IMG/VR virus record: IMGVR_UViG_3300033056_000008
Span: 1 to 46,386 of that record
Origin: a virus
Length of the DNA stretch: 46,386 bases
Direction: 5' to 3' (one strand)
Shown: piece by piece, positions 8,951 to 19,020 of the stretch
How positions within the stretch are numbered: position 1 is the stretch's first letter
Layout: each line of letters starts with the position of its first letter
Program-made: the position numbers and the translations under genes
Notes under the pieces: generated by a model
The model's database searches: none
Told to the model about the DNA's origin: nothing
Seen by the model: the letters and a program-made list of their open reading frames with translations, nothing else

Positions 8951-9247
8951 TTAAAGTTTTTTCACAGAATATCGGAAAGCTACTAGAACACCGTTTATGT
9001 TTTTTTTAGTAATACTTTCAGGTTGATCGTCAAATATGTCTCCATCCACATCGATTAATTGGTATTTTGTAATGGCACCAGAAATGGAATCATTTAAATA
9101 CAAATAAAAGGTTATCTGATCACCCTCTTGAAGTGTCTCAAATATATCGATGGTTTTGGTTACACCTCCGACAACATAACGCCCTTCTTTCACTCTGTTT
9201 TTGAAGTAGGTTTTTAATTTATTGTGGGCAGTTGTAGTTAAAGGCAT
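8951..9247 (-). CDS. Small baseplate/tail protein
   Basis: Operonic position between the gpI-like gene and the fibre gene. Confidence 0.55.
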   Translation of the reverse strand: MPLTTTAHNKLKTYFKNRVKEGRYVVGGVTKTIDIFETLQEGDQITFYLYLNDSISGAITKYQLIDVDGDIFDDQPESITKKNINGVLVAFRYSVKKL

Positions 9248-9249
9248 CT

Positions 9250-10449
9250 TTACTCCTCCTCTCCAGCATAAAATTGACCAGTGAGCTTATAATCGCTTGT
9301 GGTTGTACTCTCATCATCTGTTAACTCCAACGATGAGGAGGCTGTTCGTGTATATTGTTCAAACGTTTCAGTGGAACCAACTAAGAAATTCAGTTTAAGA
9401 TCTTGCCTAGCTGCCATATACTCCACTAAAGACATGTCTTTTGCCATTCCAATTTCAATGTTCTGCATGTATTCCTTTTGAATTTTTTTGAATTCCTCTT
9501 TACTGCCAACAAAGAACTGTCCTGTTCTGGCCAATTCATCCTGGATAGAAGTATAAGTTTTGCTTTCAATTGATAAATTACTTTCTGAAGAAACCAGGAT
9601 GTCCTCAAATAATTCAGTGCTACCAGTCTTAAACTTCCCAACCATTAATGAACCATTTGCCATTAAGAATTCAATGTTTGAGTAATCCAAAGGAGCCCGT
9701 TCTAATTGAATAATGTTACTAAATTCTTTTTGAATTAATTCCACTCTATCCTTGCTATTGGCAAAGAATCCAGGATACTCGTAAGTGGATTCCACTTTGT
9801 AATAATCCTCTCTTTGCACCGATAATCCACCATCTATCAATCTGCCTAAAGTGGAGACTTCTGGCCACTGTCCGCAAAGGAATGTACCAACCATCGGATG
9901 TATTTCAATATTGTTTTTTGCTTCTATAGCTTCAACAACAATTCCATTTGGCCAATTAAAAAACACACGCTCTAAACGTGTGCTTTTTCGCTTTACCGTA
10001 TTTACCATTCGGAACAATTTTGCAATGTCTTGCTCGTTCTTTAGGTATTCATTTGTATAGATTTGAAAATGATATGGATTCCCACCGTATTCAAACCACT
10101 CACTTACTCTCCCTTTAGAGAAAAAGGGAGTAATGACATCCTCAACTGCTGCCACGGTTCCTTTTGTTTTGTGAATGGATTCCGCATTAGCAATGATAAT
10201 TCTCTTTTGGTCATTCGTCATATTCACATCGTAAAATTCGGCTGCTTCTTCATAAGCAGCAAAATCTAATAAATGTTCTGGTATGCCTTCAAACATTTGA
10301 ATCAATTTAGTCTTAGAAAAGATGTCCTGAAAAATGGGAGTCAGAGCATAAGCCAAGGCTGCTATGTTTTCATCCTTTTTAAGACTGTCAGAAAGCAAAT
10401 CGCCTAATTCAAAGTTTTCTAGTGTCTTAATCATCCACCAGACCTCCAT
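9250..10449 (-). CDS. P2 gpI-like baseplate wedge protein (start probably MIKTLE)
   Basis: HKTKGTVAAVE, VSEWFEYGGNPYHF, VKRKSTRL motifs; follows baseplate J. Confidence 0.8.
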   Translation of the reverse strand: MEVWWMIKTLENFELGDLLSDSLKKDENIAALAYALTPIFQDIFSKTKLIQMFEGIPEHLLDFAAYEEAAEFYDVNMTNDQKRIIIANAESIHKTKGTVAAVEDVITPFFSKGRVSEWFEYGGNPYHFQIYTNEYLKNEQDIAKLFRMVNTVKRKSTRLERVFFNWPNGIVVEAIEAKNNIEIHPMVGTFLCGQWPEVSTLGRLIDGGLSVQREDYYKVESTYEYPGFFANSKDRVELIQKEFSNIIQLERAPLDYSNIEFLMANGSLMVGKFKTGSTELFEDILVSSESNLSIESKTYTSIQDELARTGQFFVGSKEEFKKIQKEYMQNIEIGMAKDMSLVEYMAARQDLKLNFLVGSTETFEQYTRTASSSLELTDDESTTTSDYKLTGQFYAGEEE

Positions 10450-11551
10450 AATTGGCGCTCACGGCATTCGAATGAGCCACTTGAGTTTTGCCAAGGACAA
10501 CAAACTGCGATGGACTGCTGGCAGTCACACGGACTCCACCAGCTTCTTTTATTCTGCTAATCAATTCACTTGCATCTATTCCTCTACCAAGCTTGCTTTT
10601 TTGCCACTTAATAAAATCATCAATTGCAGCATTAATCTGAGCCTTTATAGTCGATTCTACGCTCGATTTCGACCTCGGGATATAAAAGTTCACTTGAATA
10701 TCATATCGAACGATTTCGGGCGATTCTATGCGTATCATATCCGTTAAAGGACGTACTGTTCGCTCATTCAGTTTATCTTCAAGGGCTTTAATAATATCTG
10801 AAGTTGGTAGCTCCCCGTTTACCAACAATGGCACTATGGTGACTACACCAACTGAAGGTGAATCTACTGCCACATCGACTATTTCAGAGCTTACAGATTT
10901 AGCGTGATAAATATATGCGTCTTCTGGTCCTGCAGTACTATATTGAGAATTAGATTGTCTTATCCTATCAGCGTAAGGGTCATCTTCCTCCCAAGCTAGT
11001 CCGCCTTCTGACTTTGTAATATTGTATGCCTTTGTTACCCAGGGTAAATTATCATTATCTACAATGTTAGTAATCTGGTTAGGAAGATATCCGTTTCCAA
11101 CTTCCCCTAATTCAGAACAGGTTAACACTATATCTACAAAACTCATTCCTGGTTTAACCTCATAATCTGCAGTACTCGCAAACTCTACATCTCCAACAGA
11201 CAACCTTGTTCCACTTGGGATGGTAAAAGGCTCAATTGGATTGCATTCAAAACGACCAATTGTTTCGGCAGCTCTTGGCTCTAAACGACCAACGCCCTTT
11301 TTTACTCCCAAATGATCAAGATAGTTATCAGCTGAAAAGGCTAATAAATTCATTTTTCCAGTGAAATCAATATTGTTTCCTAACATACTAGCAAGAAAAA
11401 CGATTGATTTTATAAACTTTCTCCTTGGATCTGACTCATCCAAAGAAGTGCCAGTCATACTCTCAAATCGAGAAACTGCAATACTTTCCATTTCCTCTGG
11501 ATCTATTTCGATAAAATCAATATCAGGTAATCCAAATCTAGCCATTATCAA
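10427..11551 (-). CDS. Baseplate J/gp47 family protein
   Basis: YLDHLG, STAGPEDAYIYHA, VRPLTD motifs. Confidence 0.9.
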   Translation of the reverse strand: MIMARFGLPDIDFIEIDPEEMESIAVSRFESMTGTSLDESDPRRKFIKSIVFLASMLGNNIDFTGKMNLLAFSADNYLDHLGVKKGVGRLEPRAAETIGRFECNPIEPFTIPSGTRLSVGDVEFASTADYEVKPGMSFVDIVLTCSELGEVGNGYLPNQITNIVDNDNLPWVTKAYNITKSEGGLAWEEDDPYADRIRQSNSQYSTAGPEDAYIYHAKSVSSEIVDVAVDSPSVGVVTIVPLLVNGELPTSDIIKALEDKLNERTVRPLTDMIRIESPEIVRYDIQVNFYIPRSKSSVESTIKAQINAAIDDFIKWQKSKLGRGIDASELISRIKEAGGVRVTASSPSQFVVLGKTQVAHSNAVSANYGGLVDD

Positions 11552-11855
11552 TCACCACTTTCACATAGGGATAGAGAATGGCTTCTTGTGGATTTTTTTG
11601 AAAGGTGACTTCTTCCACTGTTAATCCTTCAATATTATTTTGAAGAAGCTCCACTACATCAGCAGTCATTTGGACTTTTGCTGACTCGCTTAATTCATCA
11701 ACAGGAGGTAGCCAGCCAGCTTCTCGGTCCATAAAACATGTTCCTTTCATCGTAGCCAAAAGAAAGGATGCGTTTTGCAATTTAGCTTTGATACCGACAG
11801 CTCCAAAATCAATGCTGCCAAATGGAGAAATTTGATAGGTGCCCATGCTCATCAT
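11538..11855 (-). CDS. Baseplate gpW/gp25-like protein
   Basis: LLATMKGTCFMDREAG motif; position before J. Confidence 0.7.
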   Translation of the reverse strand: MMSMGTYQISPFGSIDFGAVGIKAKLQNASFLLATMKGTCFMDREAGWLPPVDELSESAKVQMTADVVELLQNNIEGLTVEEVTFQKNPQEAILYPYVKVVIDNG

Positions 11856-12523
11856 CCTTTCTTCAAAGTTGTATATTTCGAAACGGCACTACAATACTTA
11901 CCTCCACCAAGATCATACCAAGGAATATCGGTTGTTTTCACACCGTAAACTTTGAATTTTTGTCCTTTGCGAAGGACCTTCAAAATCTTTCCCTTTAGGC
12001 TCCTTGAAGCCCTACAGTTCAGCATTCCAACTTTAATGGTTATCGTTCCATATACTTTTTTCTTGGATGTTGCTGTTTTCTTTTTGGCTGGTTTAGGTTT
12101 GGGCTTTTTGATGCTTACGGCTTTTATATCCTTGGCATATTCCTTTATATTGACATCCACTTTTATGCTTATAATTCGTCCTTTTCCGTCAATCTGTGGT
12201 TCCCCTTCAGATAATGATTGGATATACCAATAATTTTTGGAAATGGATTTGCTTCCAATAATAAAAGCTCCAGTCTTTCCACTATCTCGAAAAGACCGAA
12301 GCTTATCTAATGCCGCACTAGGATCTACGCCAAAACTTCTACTGAGAAGTAAAGAGAATGATGCAGATTCTTGTCCAGGACCAATGAACTCTGATATTGG
12401 TTTTCCTTTCACTTCATGTTCTGTCCATCTTGCCTCTCCACTTCTAGAAAAACTATCAAAGGTTAACACCTTTCTCGTTGATACTTCAAAAGTGATACCG
12501 CCAAAACTTCCGATTTTAGCCAC
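11852..12523 (-). CDS. P2 gpU-like tail protein with C-terminal SH3b-like domain
   Basis: IGSFGGITFEVS, RWTEHEVKGKPISEFIGPG; Lys/Pro linker then LNCRASRSLKGKILKVLRKGQKFKVYG...WYDLGGGKY. Confidence 0.75.
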   Translation of the reverse strand: MAKIGSFGGITFEVSTRKVLTFDSFSRSGEARWTEHEVKGKPISEFIGPGQESASFSLLLSRSFGVDPSAALDKLRSFRDSGKTGAFIIGSKSISKNYWYIQSLSEGEPQIDGKGRIISIKVDVNIKEYAKDIKAVSIKKPKPKPAKKKTATSKKKVYGTITIKVGMLNCRASRSLKGKILKVLRKGQKFKVYGVKTTDIPWYDLGGGKYCSAVSKYTTLKKG

Positions 12524-12537
12524 GGTTCCACCACCTT

Positions 12538-12750
12538 TTAAATTGCTCCTAAAACATAACCGTTACCTTTCCCCATAACACAAAGAACATAATCTCCCTC
12601 AACAGGGAACCAATCATCTCCTCTGTTAAGAACGGTTAATTCCCTTGTAACGGTTCCGTTGTCATCCCTTTTTACTTTTACAGTGTTACTACTTGGATAA
12701 ACAGCTGATACTCTGCCTTCAATAATGCTCATTAGTATCCCTCCAAGCAT
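12538..12750 (-). CDS. Short gpV-like baseplate spike (OB-fold portion only)
   Basis: GRVSAVYP...FPVEGDYVLC...GYVLGAI; sits between gpD and gpU. Confidence 0.65.
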   Translation of the reverse strand: MLGGILMSIIEGRVSAVYPSSNTVKVKRDDNGTVTRELTVLNRGDDWFPVEGDYVLCVMGKGNGYVLGAI

Positions 12751-13751
12751 TTTCTTAAATTTAAAGTCATTTCAGATGAATCCCCAGTCTTACCTGAAAT
12801 TGAAGTAATTATATATTTGCCATCCAGCTTGCTAAAACCCGATAATTTCACGTTTTGTCCAGCGTATAGGTTAATGATTCCTGCCATAGTGATTGTGACG
12901 GTTGTAGCCTCTTTATTTGCGTCACGTAACTTCTTTTTTGCTAATCGATACGCAGCAGCATCAGAATCCACTTCCTCATTAACTATCAAGACTCTGCCTG
13001 TTTTGGGAGGCCTGGATGGTGTGAAAGTTTTATTAAACGTTTTCTTCTTTTGAGTATCCGTATAAGTTACCTTGCACGATTTGTAACTACCATTCAAAGT
13101 ATCTTTAAAACTCCACTTTTTGATTAACTGATCTGTACGTTTAATAGTGGTGACGAAATCCTCTGACTCTAATTGTTCCTCATCAATGGCATATACTTTT
13201 TTATTGGCTAATTTTAAAGCCAACCCATTTTCATTGCAGAGTCGATAAAGAAATGCTCCATCTGACTCGTATTCTTGGTCTAATCGGTCAAAACTTGGAT
13301 TGTCTGCGGCATCATAATAGATGCCTAACCCGTTCTTTTTAGCTACATCTGTAAGTACTTTTTTTAACGTCGTCTTTTCCCATGATCTCGACTTTTTTTC
13401 TCCTTTTATGGAAGACTCTTGAGGGATGGACGTTGCTTTTAAACTTACAGATGTAGGAGGACCGCCTCCACTTGATTCGTCTATTTCGTAATAGCCTAAA
13501 TTTCTTTTAATCGTACTTTTGTTTCCCCATCCAGGAGGAATAACTAAAACTGCTTGAATGGCAGCTCCCTTTTCAGGCATCCAATTTCCTATCCAAAGGT
13601 TATCTTTATCCACTAAATTAATGGAGATATCATCTGCCGAACCGGTAAAATTATCAGTAAAGGAGAGACTCGTGATAAATGGATCAATATCCGCCGTGAG
13701 ACTTGTACCATTGTATTTAAGATCATAGCTGATACGTCTTCCATCCGTCAT
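12732..13751 (-). CDS. P2 gpD-like baseplate hub (late control D family)
   Basis: SLSFTDNFTGSADDISINL, DQEYESDGAFLYRLC. Confidence 0.88.
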   Translation of the reverse strand: MTDGRRISYDLKYNGTSLTADIDPFITSLSFTDNFTGSADDISINLVDKDNLWIGNWMPEKGAAIQAVLVIPPGWGNKSTIKRNLGYYEIDESSGGGPPTSVSLKATSIPQESSIKGEKKSRSWEKTTLKKVLTDVAKKNGLGIYYDAADNPSFDRLDQEYESDGAFLYRLCNENGLALKLANKKVYAIDEEQLESEDFVTTIKRTDQLIKKWSFKDTLNGSYKSCKVTYTDTQKKKTFNKTFTPSRPPKTGRVLIVNEEVDSDAAAYRLAKKKLRDANKEATTVTITMAGIINLYAGQNVKLSGFSKLDGKYIITSISGKTGDSSEMTLNLRKCLEGY

Positions 13752-14020
13752 TAAGAATCCTCCTCGCTAGCAAACTCTAATTCTTCCTCTTCTTCTGTTT
13801 CATCCTCTAAATCTTCATCTAACCAAATAGGCCTTTGGTATTCATACATATCCTCTAATTCAAAATTAGGGATGGTTATTTCCACTTCACTTGAAAATAT
13901 AATCGTTAACCGATATTGGGGATTAGCAGCAAGGAGCAAAGGGAAGAGATATTCACTCCCCATTTGCTCCAGTGCTATCTTATCCCAAGTATCTCCACTT
14001 ACAGTTACATACGTACTCAT
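13751..14020 (-). CDS. P2 gpX-like tail protein (LysM-like)
   Basis: YVTVSGDTWDKIA...LLAANP. Confidence 0.85.
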   Translation of the reverse strand: MSTYVTVSGDTWDKIALEQMGSEYLFPLLLAANPQYRLTIIFSSEVEITIPNFELEDMYEYQRPIWLDEDLEDETEEEEELEFASEEDS

Positions 14021-17000
14021 GATAAACTCGTCCGATCTTTATCATTATTAATTTCAAGAAGCAAACGAATTAGCATTTCTTTCAGTTCTCCTTCGGCTGT
14101 TCTTAATGCGTCCAGTACTTCCTGATACAAGTTGCCACTTTTTCCGTTTACGTTTATAACTGGAGCAAAATTAATATCGAATTTGTTTCCTCCACTGTTT
14201 CTCGTGTTTACAGTACTCGAGTTATCGCTACTGGAACTCATGAAACTTCGCAGCAAACCATCCAGGATGGATTTGCTGGACGAATTGGAGTTTATTTGTG
14301 TTGCTCCAGGTAGTTTTATCAATTCTGGTCCACGTTCTCCAGCCCAATAATAATCAGTATTCGGAGTCGTTCCTCCTTGATAATAACCTTTATATCCGCC
14401 ACCACTCGCCATAGATGCGATACCAGGAGTGTTAAAAATGGTACCATATCGAGCTTGAGTGTAACGAATGGACGCTACAGCGTTATGAATTGGATTCCAA
14501 ATGTCATCCATGCCTGAGATTTTATAGGCATTAAATGTTGGATCAATTGTTTGCATAAGTCCCTTGGAAGGTATGCCTCTTTGAGCATTTATATCCCATA
14601 GGTTAATAGCTCTTGGATTTCCACCAGATTCTTTCATGGCCATTGTTTGCAATGGTCCTAACCAAGACATTGGAACGCCAGTAATGTTAATTGCAGCTGT
14701 TAACCACTTTGTCACATCACCAGATGCAGCAGCACCTCCACCGCTCCAGCTGCCGAATCCTTCAATTTTTCCTTTGACGAATTCAACCGCTTTGCCTTTG
14801 ATTAATTTAAAAGAACCACCAATCACATCATTAAAGATTCCAGAAAGATTAGGCGCACTCACTCCAAATTGCTCTAAGACTTTGTCCATGAGTTTAGATG
14901 GATCCGAAATATAGCTCCACACATCAAGTGCGGCATCTTTTATCTCTGAACCCTTTTCCTTTGTCCAATCCCACGCTGCAGAACTTTTCTCTTTCACCCA
15001 TCCCCATCCAGTTTTCAAGGCATTGGATACACCTGTACCTTCTTTATAAGCAGGAATGTTGTAATTGTTCATAATCTGCTGTGTTTGTGTATGTGGAATA
15101 ACCTGTGTTCCTTTTGGCAAATTCATAAGGGTATCCGTTCCTGGACTTAATCCTACAAATCCAGAAGGAGTACGGAATAATTCCTGACCTCCACCGTCAC
15201 CTAAAATAGCCAATCCTCCAGGATGCGATCCGGTTCCTTTTGCATACTGAGGTACTTCCCATTGGTTTAAGGAGACTTCCACGCCAACCTTATCTAGCAC
15301 CCAATTGATTCCTTTTATAATTCCATTTACTATGCCGCCGATAGCATTCATCGTTGCATTCGCCATGGACTTAATTCCGTCAATCAAACCATTGAGTATG
15401 GCTTTCCCTGTATCATATAAGTTAATTGCCTTAAAGAATTCAATGATATTATTCATAATATTTTTGGCAGTTTCCTTAATGTTTTCCCACGCTCCAGACC
15501 AATCGCCCTGGATTAGAGAAGTGAATGTTTTCAGGATGCCAGTAATAAACGTTAGCGAATTATTAATTGCTGTAGAAATAAACGGAAATACAAATTGGAC
15601 TATTTTCAGCAGCAACTGAATGGCTGGCACGACAATATTTGTTAAAAACATTGCCACTCCTTGAAGCAACATAGTAATTATTGGAATTACCGACTGGATA
15701 ATGGCCAAAATTAAAGGAAACGCCATTTGGACCACTTGCAGTATCAAAGGTAAGGCAGTTTGCGCTATCAAAAGAATAACAGGTACCAAAGCACCGATTA
15801 GCTGAATTGCTATTGGTAGAACAGCCTGAATAATGGCCAAAATTACTGGAAAAATCAACTGTGCCCCTTGTAAAAGGAGTGGCAGAATTGATGTGGCAAT
15901 TTCAATAATTACAGGTATCAATAAACCCAATAATTCCACAATTAAAGGCATACTTGATTGAATAAATAAGACAATCAACGGAAAAATTTGTTGAACTGCA
16001 CTTAACAACAACGGTAGCATTATGCTGGCTATTTCAGATGTTAAAGAAAACCATGTTGTGAAAAGACCAACCAAAATAGGAAGTAAAGTCGTTACCCCAT
16101 CTATGAGTAATGGAATTAAAGACTGTGCAAATTCAGCAAATAACCTACCTACCGCTTGAAACAATTGACCAAATGCAGTGCCTAATTCAGCAAAAGACGG
16201 ACCTAGTGCAATAAAGCTATCCATGATTATTTGTCCTGTTTTTTGGAATTCAGGACCTAATGTTGCAAAGGAAGTAGCTATTTCAGAAACAGCAGGCATT
16301 AACATAGATAGTAACGTTTGGCCAAAAACGCCAAATAGCTGAACAATTGGAGCAACAGCACTTTTAATGGATTCCCAAGCACCTACCAGGGAACCTCGGA
16401 CTTCATCATTTGTCTTAATCAGCTTGTACAAAAAGGCTCCAATTGAGATAACACTGGCAATCACCCAACCTACTGGACCAGTTACACCTAAAAAGGATAA
16501 TCCTAGTCGGCCAATTAACGGTGAAAGGGTAGCAAGCGTATTTCCTATTGTTGAAAAGGAATTCTTTATATAATCCACTACTTGTTTTGCTGGACCTTGT
16601 AATCCATTGAACCATTGAGCAACCGCACTTGTTTTGGAACCAATATAATCAGCAGTTTGGCTATATGCTGATTGGATCTGAGCAAATGTGTTTTCTGTGA
16701 AATCCAGAAATCCTTGCCATAATATTGGTGCCATTGTTGTCACATAAGCAACGGACGATGAGACAATTGCCCGTACACTTGCAAAGGCGCTATCCACTTT
16801 TTCTCTAAAAGTATCAGACATTTTATAAGCAGCAACAAAAGCCACCACTAAACCTGCCAGGGCAGCAGCAACCAGTACGAATGGATTAATCAGCATTGCT
16901 CCATTCAAACCAATCATAGCTGCTCTCATTCCAGCAATAACACCTTTTAGACCTCCACCATATATTGCATAAGCAATCATGGCCGCTCGATGTGCTCGGT

Positions 17001-18495
17001 ATAAAACAATGCTTGCTTTCTGAATAGCATTAAAAGCAACCTGCGTTGCAGCAACTCCCATTAAAGTCCCTTTATACACTAGGATAGATGTAGATAAGCC
17101 TAAAACGATAGGTGCAATGACGCTCATAGCCTCTTTGAAGCTTTTAATGGACTCTGATACATCATTAGCTAGATAGTTGGAAAACACATTTAAATGAGGC
17201 AGTATCTTTTCGGCAATTGGAATAAGAAACTCGGTTTCAAACTGCCTTCCTATACCTTTAATTGCATTTCCGATGGTATCGTATTTAATCTTGCCTACTT
17301 CCTCCATGGTTTGCTTGGTCATATCAAAGGACTCTTGAACATTACCAAGGGATAGCAAGGTTTTCATTTCCAAATCCTCTGCTTGCGTACCAAAAAGCGC
17401 CACAGCCATTTGAGACTGGACACTGGTATCACCAATTTCAGAGATTTTTTGGATAACCTGTTGCATCGCATCCTTACCTTCTAATGCACCAGAAGAAAGA
17501 GCATCCAGAAATTGACCTGCTCCACCCATTGTATATTCAATGTCTTTATACGCCTTTTCGGAGGCTTTTCCGCTACTCTTTAAGTCTTTTAAAAGGGCAG
17601 CAGCGTTTTCCTTCCCAACCTTGGCAGATAGCTCCATAAATTGCTTGGTAGAAGCTCCACCATTTTGAAGTTTGGTCATATAATCGTCAAATCCGTCTGC
17701 TTGAAACAGATAACTTAATGCATCGGAAGTAGCTGTACTTCCATCTTTTATACGGATGCCAAACTCTTTTACTAAATCGCCCACTTTGTCCAGATTAAAA
17801 GCGCCATTTTCTAATCCAGCATTGAAGATGTCGAACATCTGATTTGCATCATAACCCAGGGTTTTGAAGTAAACGGAATATTCGTTTGCACTATCCAAAA
17901 GTTCTTGAGATTTATTAAGCCCTTGCTGTGCCCCTTGTGATAAAAGGTTATAGGATTGTTCGGCAGTAATACCAAAGTTTTTCATCATGGTATCACTGGC
18001 TTTTATGGATTCAGCAATGTCCTCACCAAAAACATCCCTATATTGAATGGCGTATTTGGTTGCTGTTTCTAAGGACTTGCCTGATAGATCAGTGACTGAC
18101 TTTACTGATTGAATCGCTTGTGCTAAGTCGTTCCAATCTTCTCCAAGGTTTTTGTTATAAAGGTTTTTGGATATCTCCTTTATTTCCTTCATTTCCTCGG
18201 CCGTTGCACCTGTACCAGCTTCTACCTGTTTCATGGCTGAAGAATATTGGTCAGCAGAAATAACAGCTGCCCCTAAACCCACACCGACTGCAGCTATTGC
18301 TCCTCCAGCTGCAATGGCAGCTTTTGATGAAAGGCTCATACCAGTATGAAGATTTTCCGTGCTATGGCTTAGTGATTCTGTATTTTGTTGAGTGTTTCCT
18401 AATGCTTCATTTGCAGTAGCAAAAGCCTGACGGAAAGAAGGATCAATATTTCCGCCAAGCTGAAAAGCAATTTGAAAGGCTCTTTCATTATTCAT
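14017..18495 (-). CDS. Tape measure protein with C-terminal lytic transglycosylase (SLT) domain
   Basis: 1492 aa; periodic Pro-containing hydrophobic repeats; MKESGGNPRAIN...GLMQTI. Confidence 0.93.
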   Translation of the reverse strand: MNNERAFQIAFQLGGNIDPSFRQAFATANEALGNTQQNTESLSHSTENLHTGMSLSSKAAIAAGGAIAAVGVGLGAAVISADQYSSAMKQVEAGTGATAEEMKEIKEISKNLYNKNLGEDWNDLAQAIQSVKSVTDLSGKSLETATKYAIQYRDVFGEDIAESIKASDTMMKNFGITAEQSYNLLSQGAQQGLNKSQELLDSANEYSVYFKTLGYDANQMFDIFNAGLENGAFNLDKVGDLVKEFGIRIKDGSTATSDALSYLFQADGFDDYMTKLQNGGASTKQFMELSAKVGKENAAALLKDLKSSGKASEKAYKDIEYTMGGAGQFLDALSSGALEGKDAMQQVIQKISEIGDTSVQSQMAVALFGTQAEDLEMKTLLSLGNVQESFDMTKQTMEEVGKIKYDTIGNAIKGIGRQFETEFLIPIAEKILPHLNVFSNYLANDVSESIKSFKEAMSVIAPIVLGLSTSILVYKGTLMGVAATQVAFNAIQKASIVLYRAHRAAMIAYAIYGGGLKGVIAGMRAAMIGLNGAMLINPFVLVAAALAGLVVAFVAAYKMSDTFREKVDSAFASVRAIVSSSVAYVTTMAPILWQGFLDFTENTFAQIQSAYSQTADYIGSKTSAVAQWFNGLQGPAKQVVDYIKNSFSTIGNTLATLSPLIGRLGLSFLGVTGPVGWVIASVISIGAFLYKLIKTNDEVRGSLVGAWESIKSAVAPIVQLFGVFGQTLLSMLMPAVSEIATSFATLGPEFQKTGQIIMDSFIALGPSFAELGTAFGQLFQAVGRLFAEFAQSLIPLLIDGVTTLLPILVGLFTTWFSLTSEIASIMLPLLLSAVQQIFPLIVLFIQSSMPLIVELLGLLIPVIIEIATSILPLLLQGAQLIFPVILAIIQAVLPIAIQLIGALVPVILLIAQTALPLILQVVQMAFPLILAIIQSVIPIITMLLQGVAMFLTNIVVPAIQLLLKIVQFVFPFISTAINNSLTFITGILKTFTSLIQGDWSGAWENIKETAKNIMNNIIEFFKAINLYDTGKAILNGLIDGIKSMANATMNAIGGIVNGIIKGINWVLDKVGVEVSLNQWEVPQYAKGTGSHPGGLAILGDGGGQELFRTPSGFVGLSPGTDTLMNLPKGTQVIPHTQTQQIMNNYNIPAYKEGTGVSNALKTGWGWVKEKSSAAWDWTKEKGSEIKDAALDVWSYISDPSKLMDKVLEQFGVSAPNLSGIFNDVIGGSFKLIKGKAVEFVKGKIEGFGSWSGGGAAASGDVTKWLTAAINITGVPMSWLGPLQTMAMKESGGNPRAINLWDINAQRGIPSKGLMQTIDPTFNAYKISGMDDIWNPIHNAVASIRYTQARYGTIFNTPGIASMASGGGYKGYYQGGTTPNTDYYWAGERGPELIKLPGATQINSNSSSKSILDGLLRSFMSSSSDNSSTVNTRNSGGNKFDINFAPVINVNGKSGNLYQEVLDALRTAEGELKEMLIRLLLEINNDKDRTSLS

Positions 18496-19003
18496 TTGTC
18501 ATCTAACACCTCTTTAACATCTTCTATTTCTCTTAAAAGATTTAAAAAAGTAAGATTTCGGAAGTATGTTTTAGGTGTTTTCGTTGCTATTGATAACTTG
18601 ATAAAGACTTTATTTAAGGTTTTTCGGTCATAATTTTTCTTGTACTTTCCATCTTGAAAGCTAATTACTCCGCTGAGTTCAAAAAACTCGTCACCGTTCT
18701 TTTTACTTTCAAGCTATCCTTTGCTGGTAGCTGGAAAAAGAACTCCTGTGGTTTATTCGTTGCTTTAGAAGCAAGGAAAAATAGGTATGTCATACTCATT
18801 TCAGGCACCATAGAAGGCTTATTTACACGCATCAGCATGTTTTCAGCATCGTCTAAGTCCTGACCAGTTAAATTTTCAATACCGCTTAAATCAACCTCCT
18901 CATGCTTTTCTCCGTCAAAAGAAAAAGGCTTGTTAAATTTAACAAGACCTTTCAAATTTGCTTCTGTTGTTGTAGTTTCAGCTGTTTTATTTAATTCTGG
19001 CAT
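18492..19003 (-). CDS. Tail assembly chaperone, -1 frameshifted long form (about 170 aa)
   Basis: Slippery TTTTTTG at 18680-18686; the -1 frame stays open for 62 further codons to a TGA overlapping the tape measure ATG. Confidence 0.75.
18665..19003 (-). CDS. Tail assembly chaperone (P2 gpE/Mu gp41-like)
   Basis: Position between tube and tape measure; LTGQDL...FFFQLPAKD. Confidence 0.85.
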   Translation of the reverse strand: MPELNKTAETTTTEANLKGLVKFNKPFSFDGEKHEEVDLSGIENLTGQDLDDAENMLMRVNKPSMVPEMSMTYLFFLASKATNKPQEFFFQLPAKDSLKVKRTVTSFLNSAE

Positions 19004-19020
19004 TGTAGTTTCCTCTTTTC

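Noticed and set aside
15500-16400. Hydrophobic periodic stretch as a separate membrane protein or repeat element
   Set aside because: It is the ordinary repeat region within the tape measure ORF.
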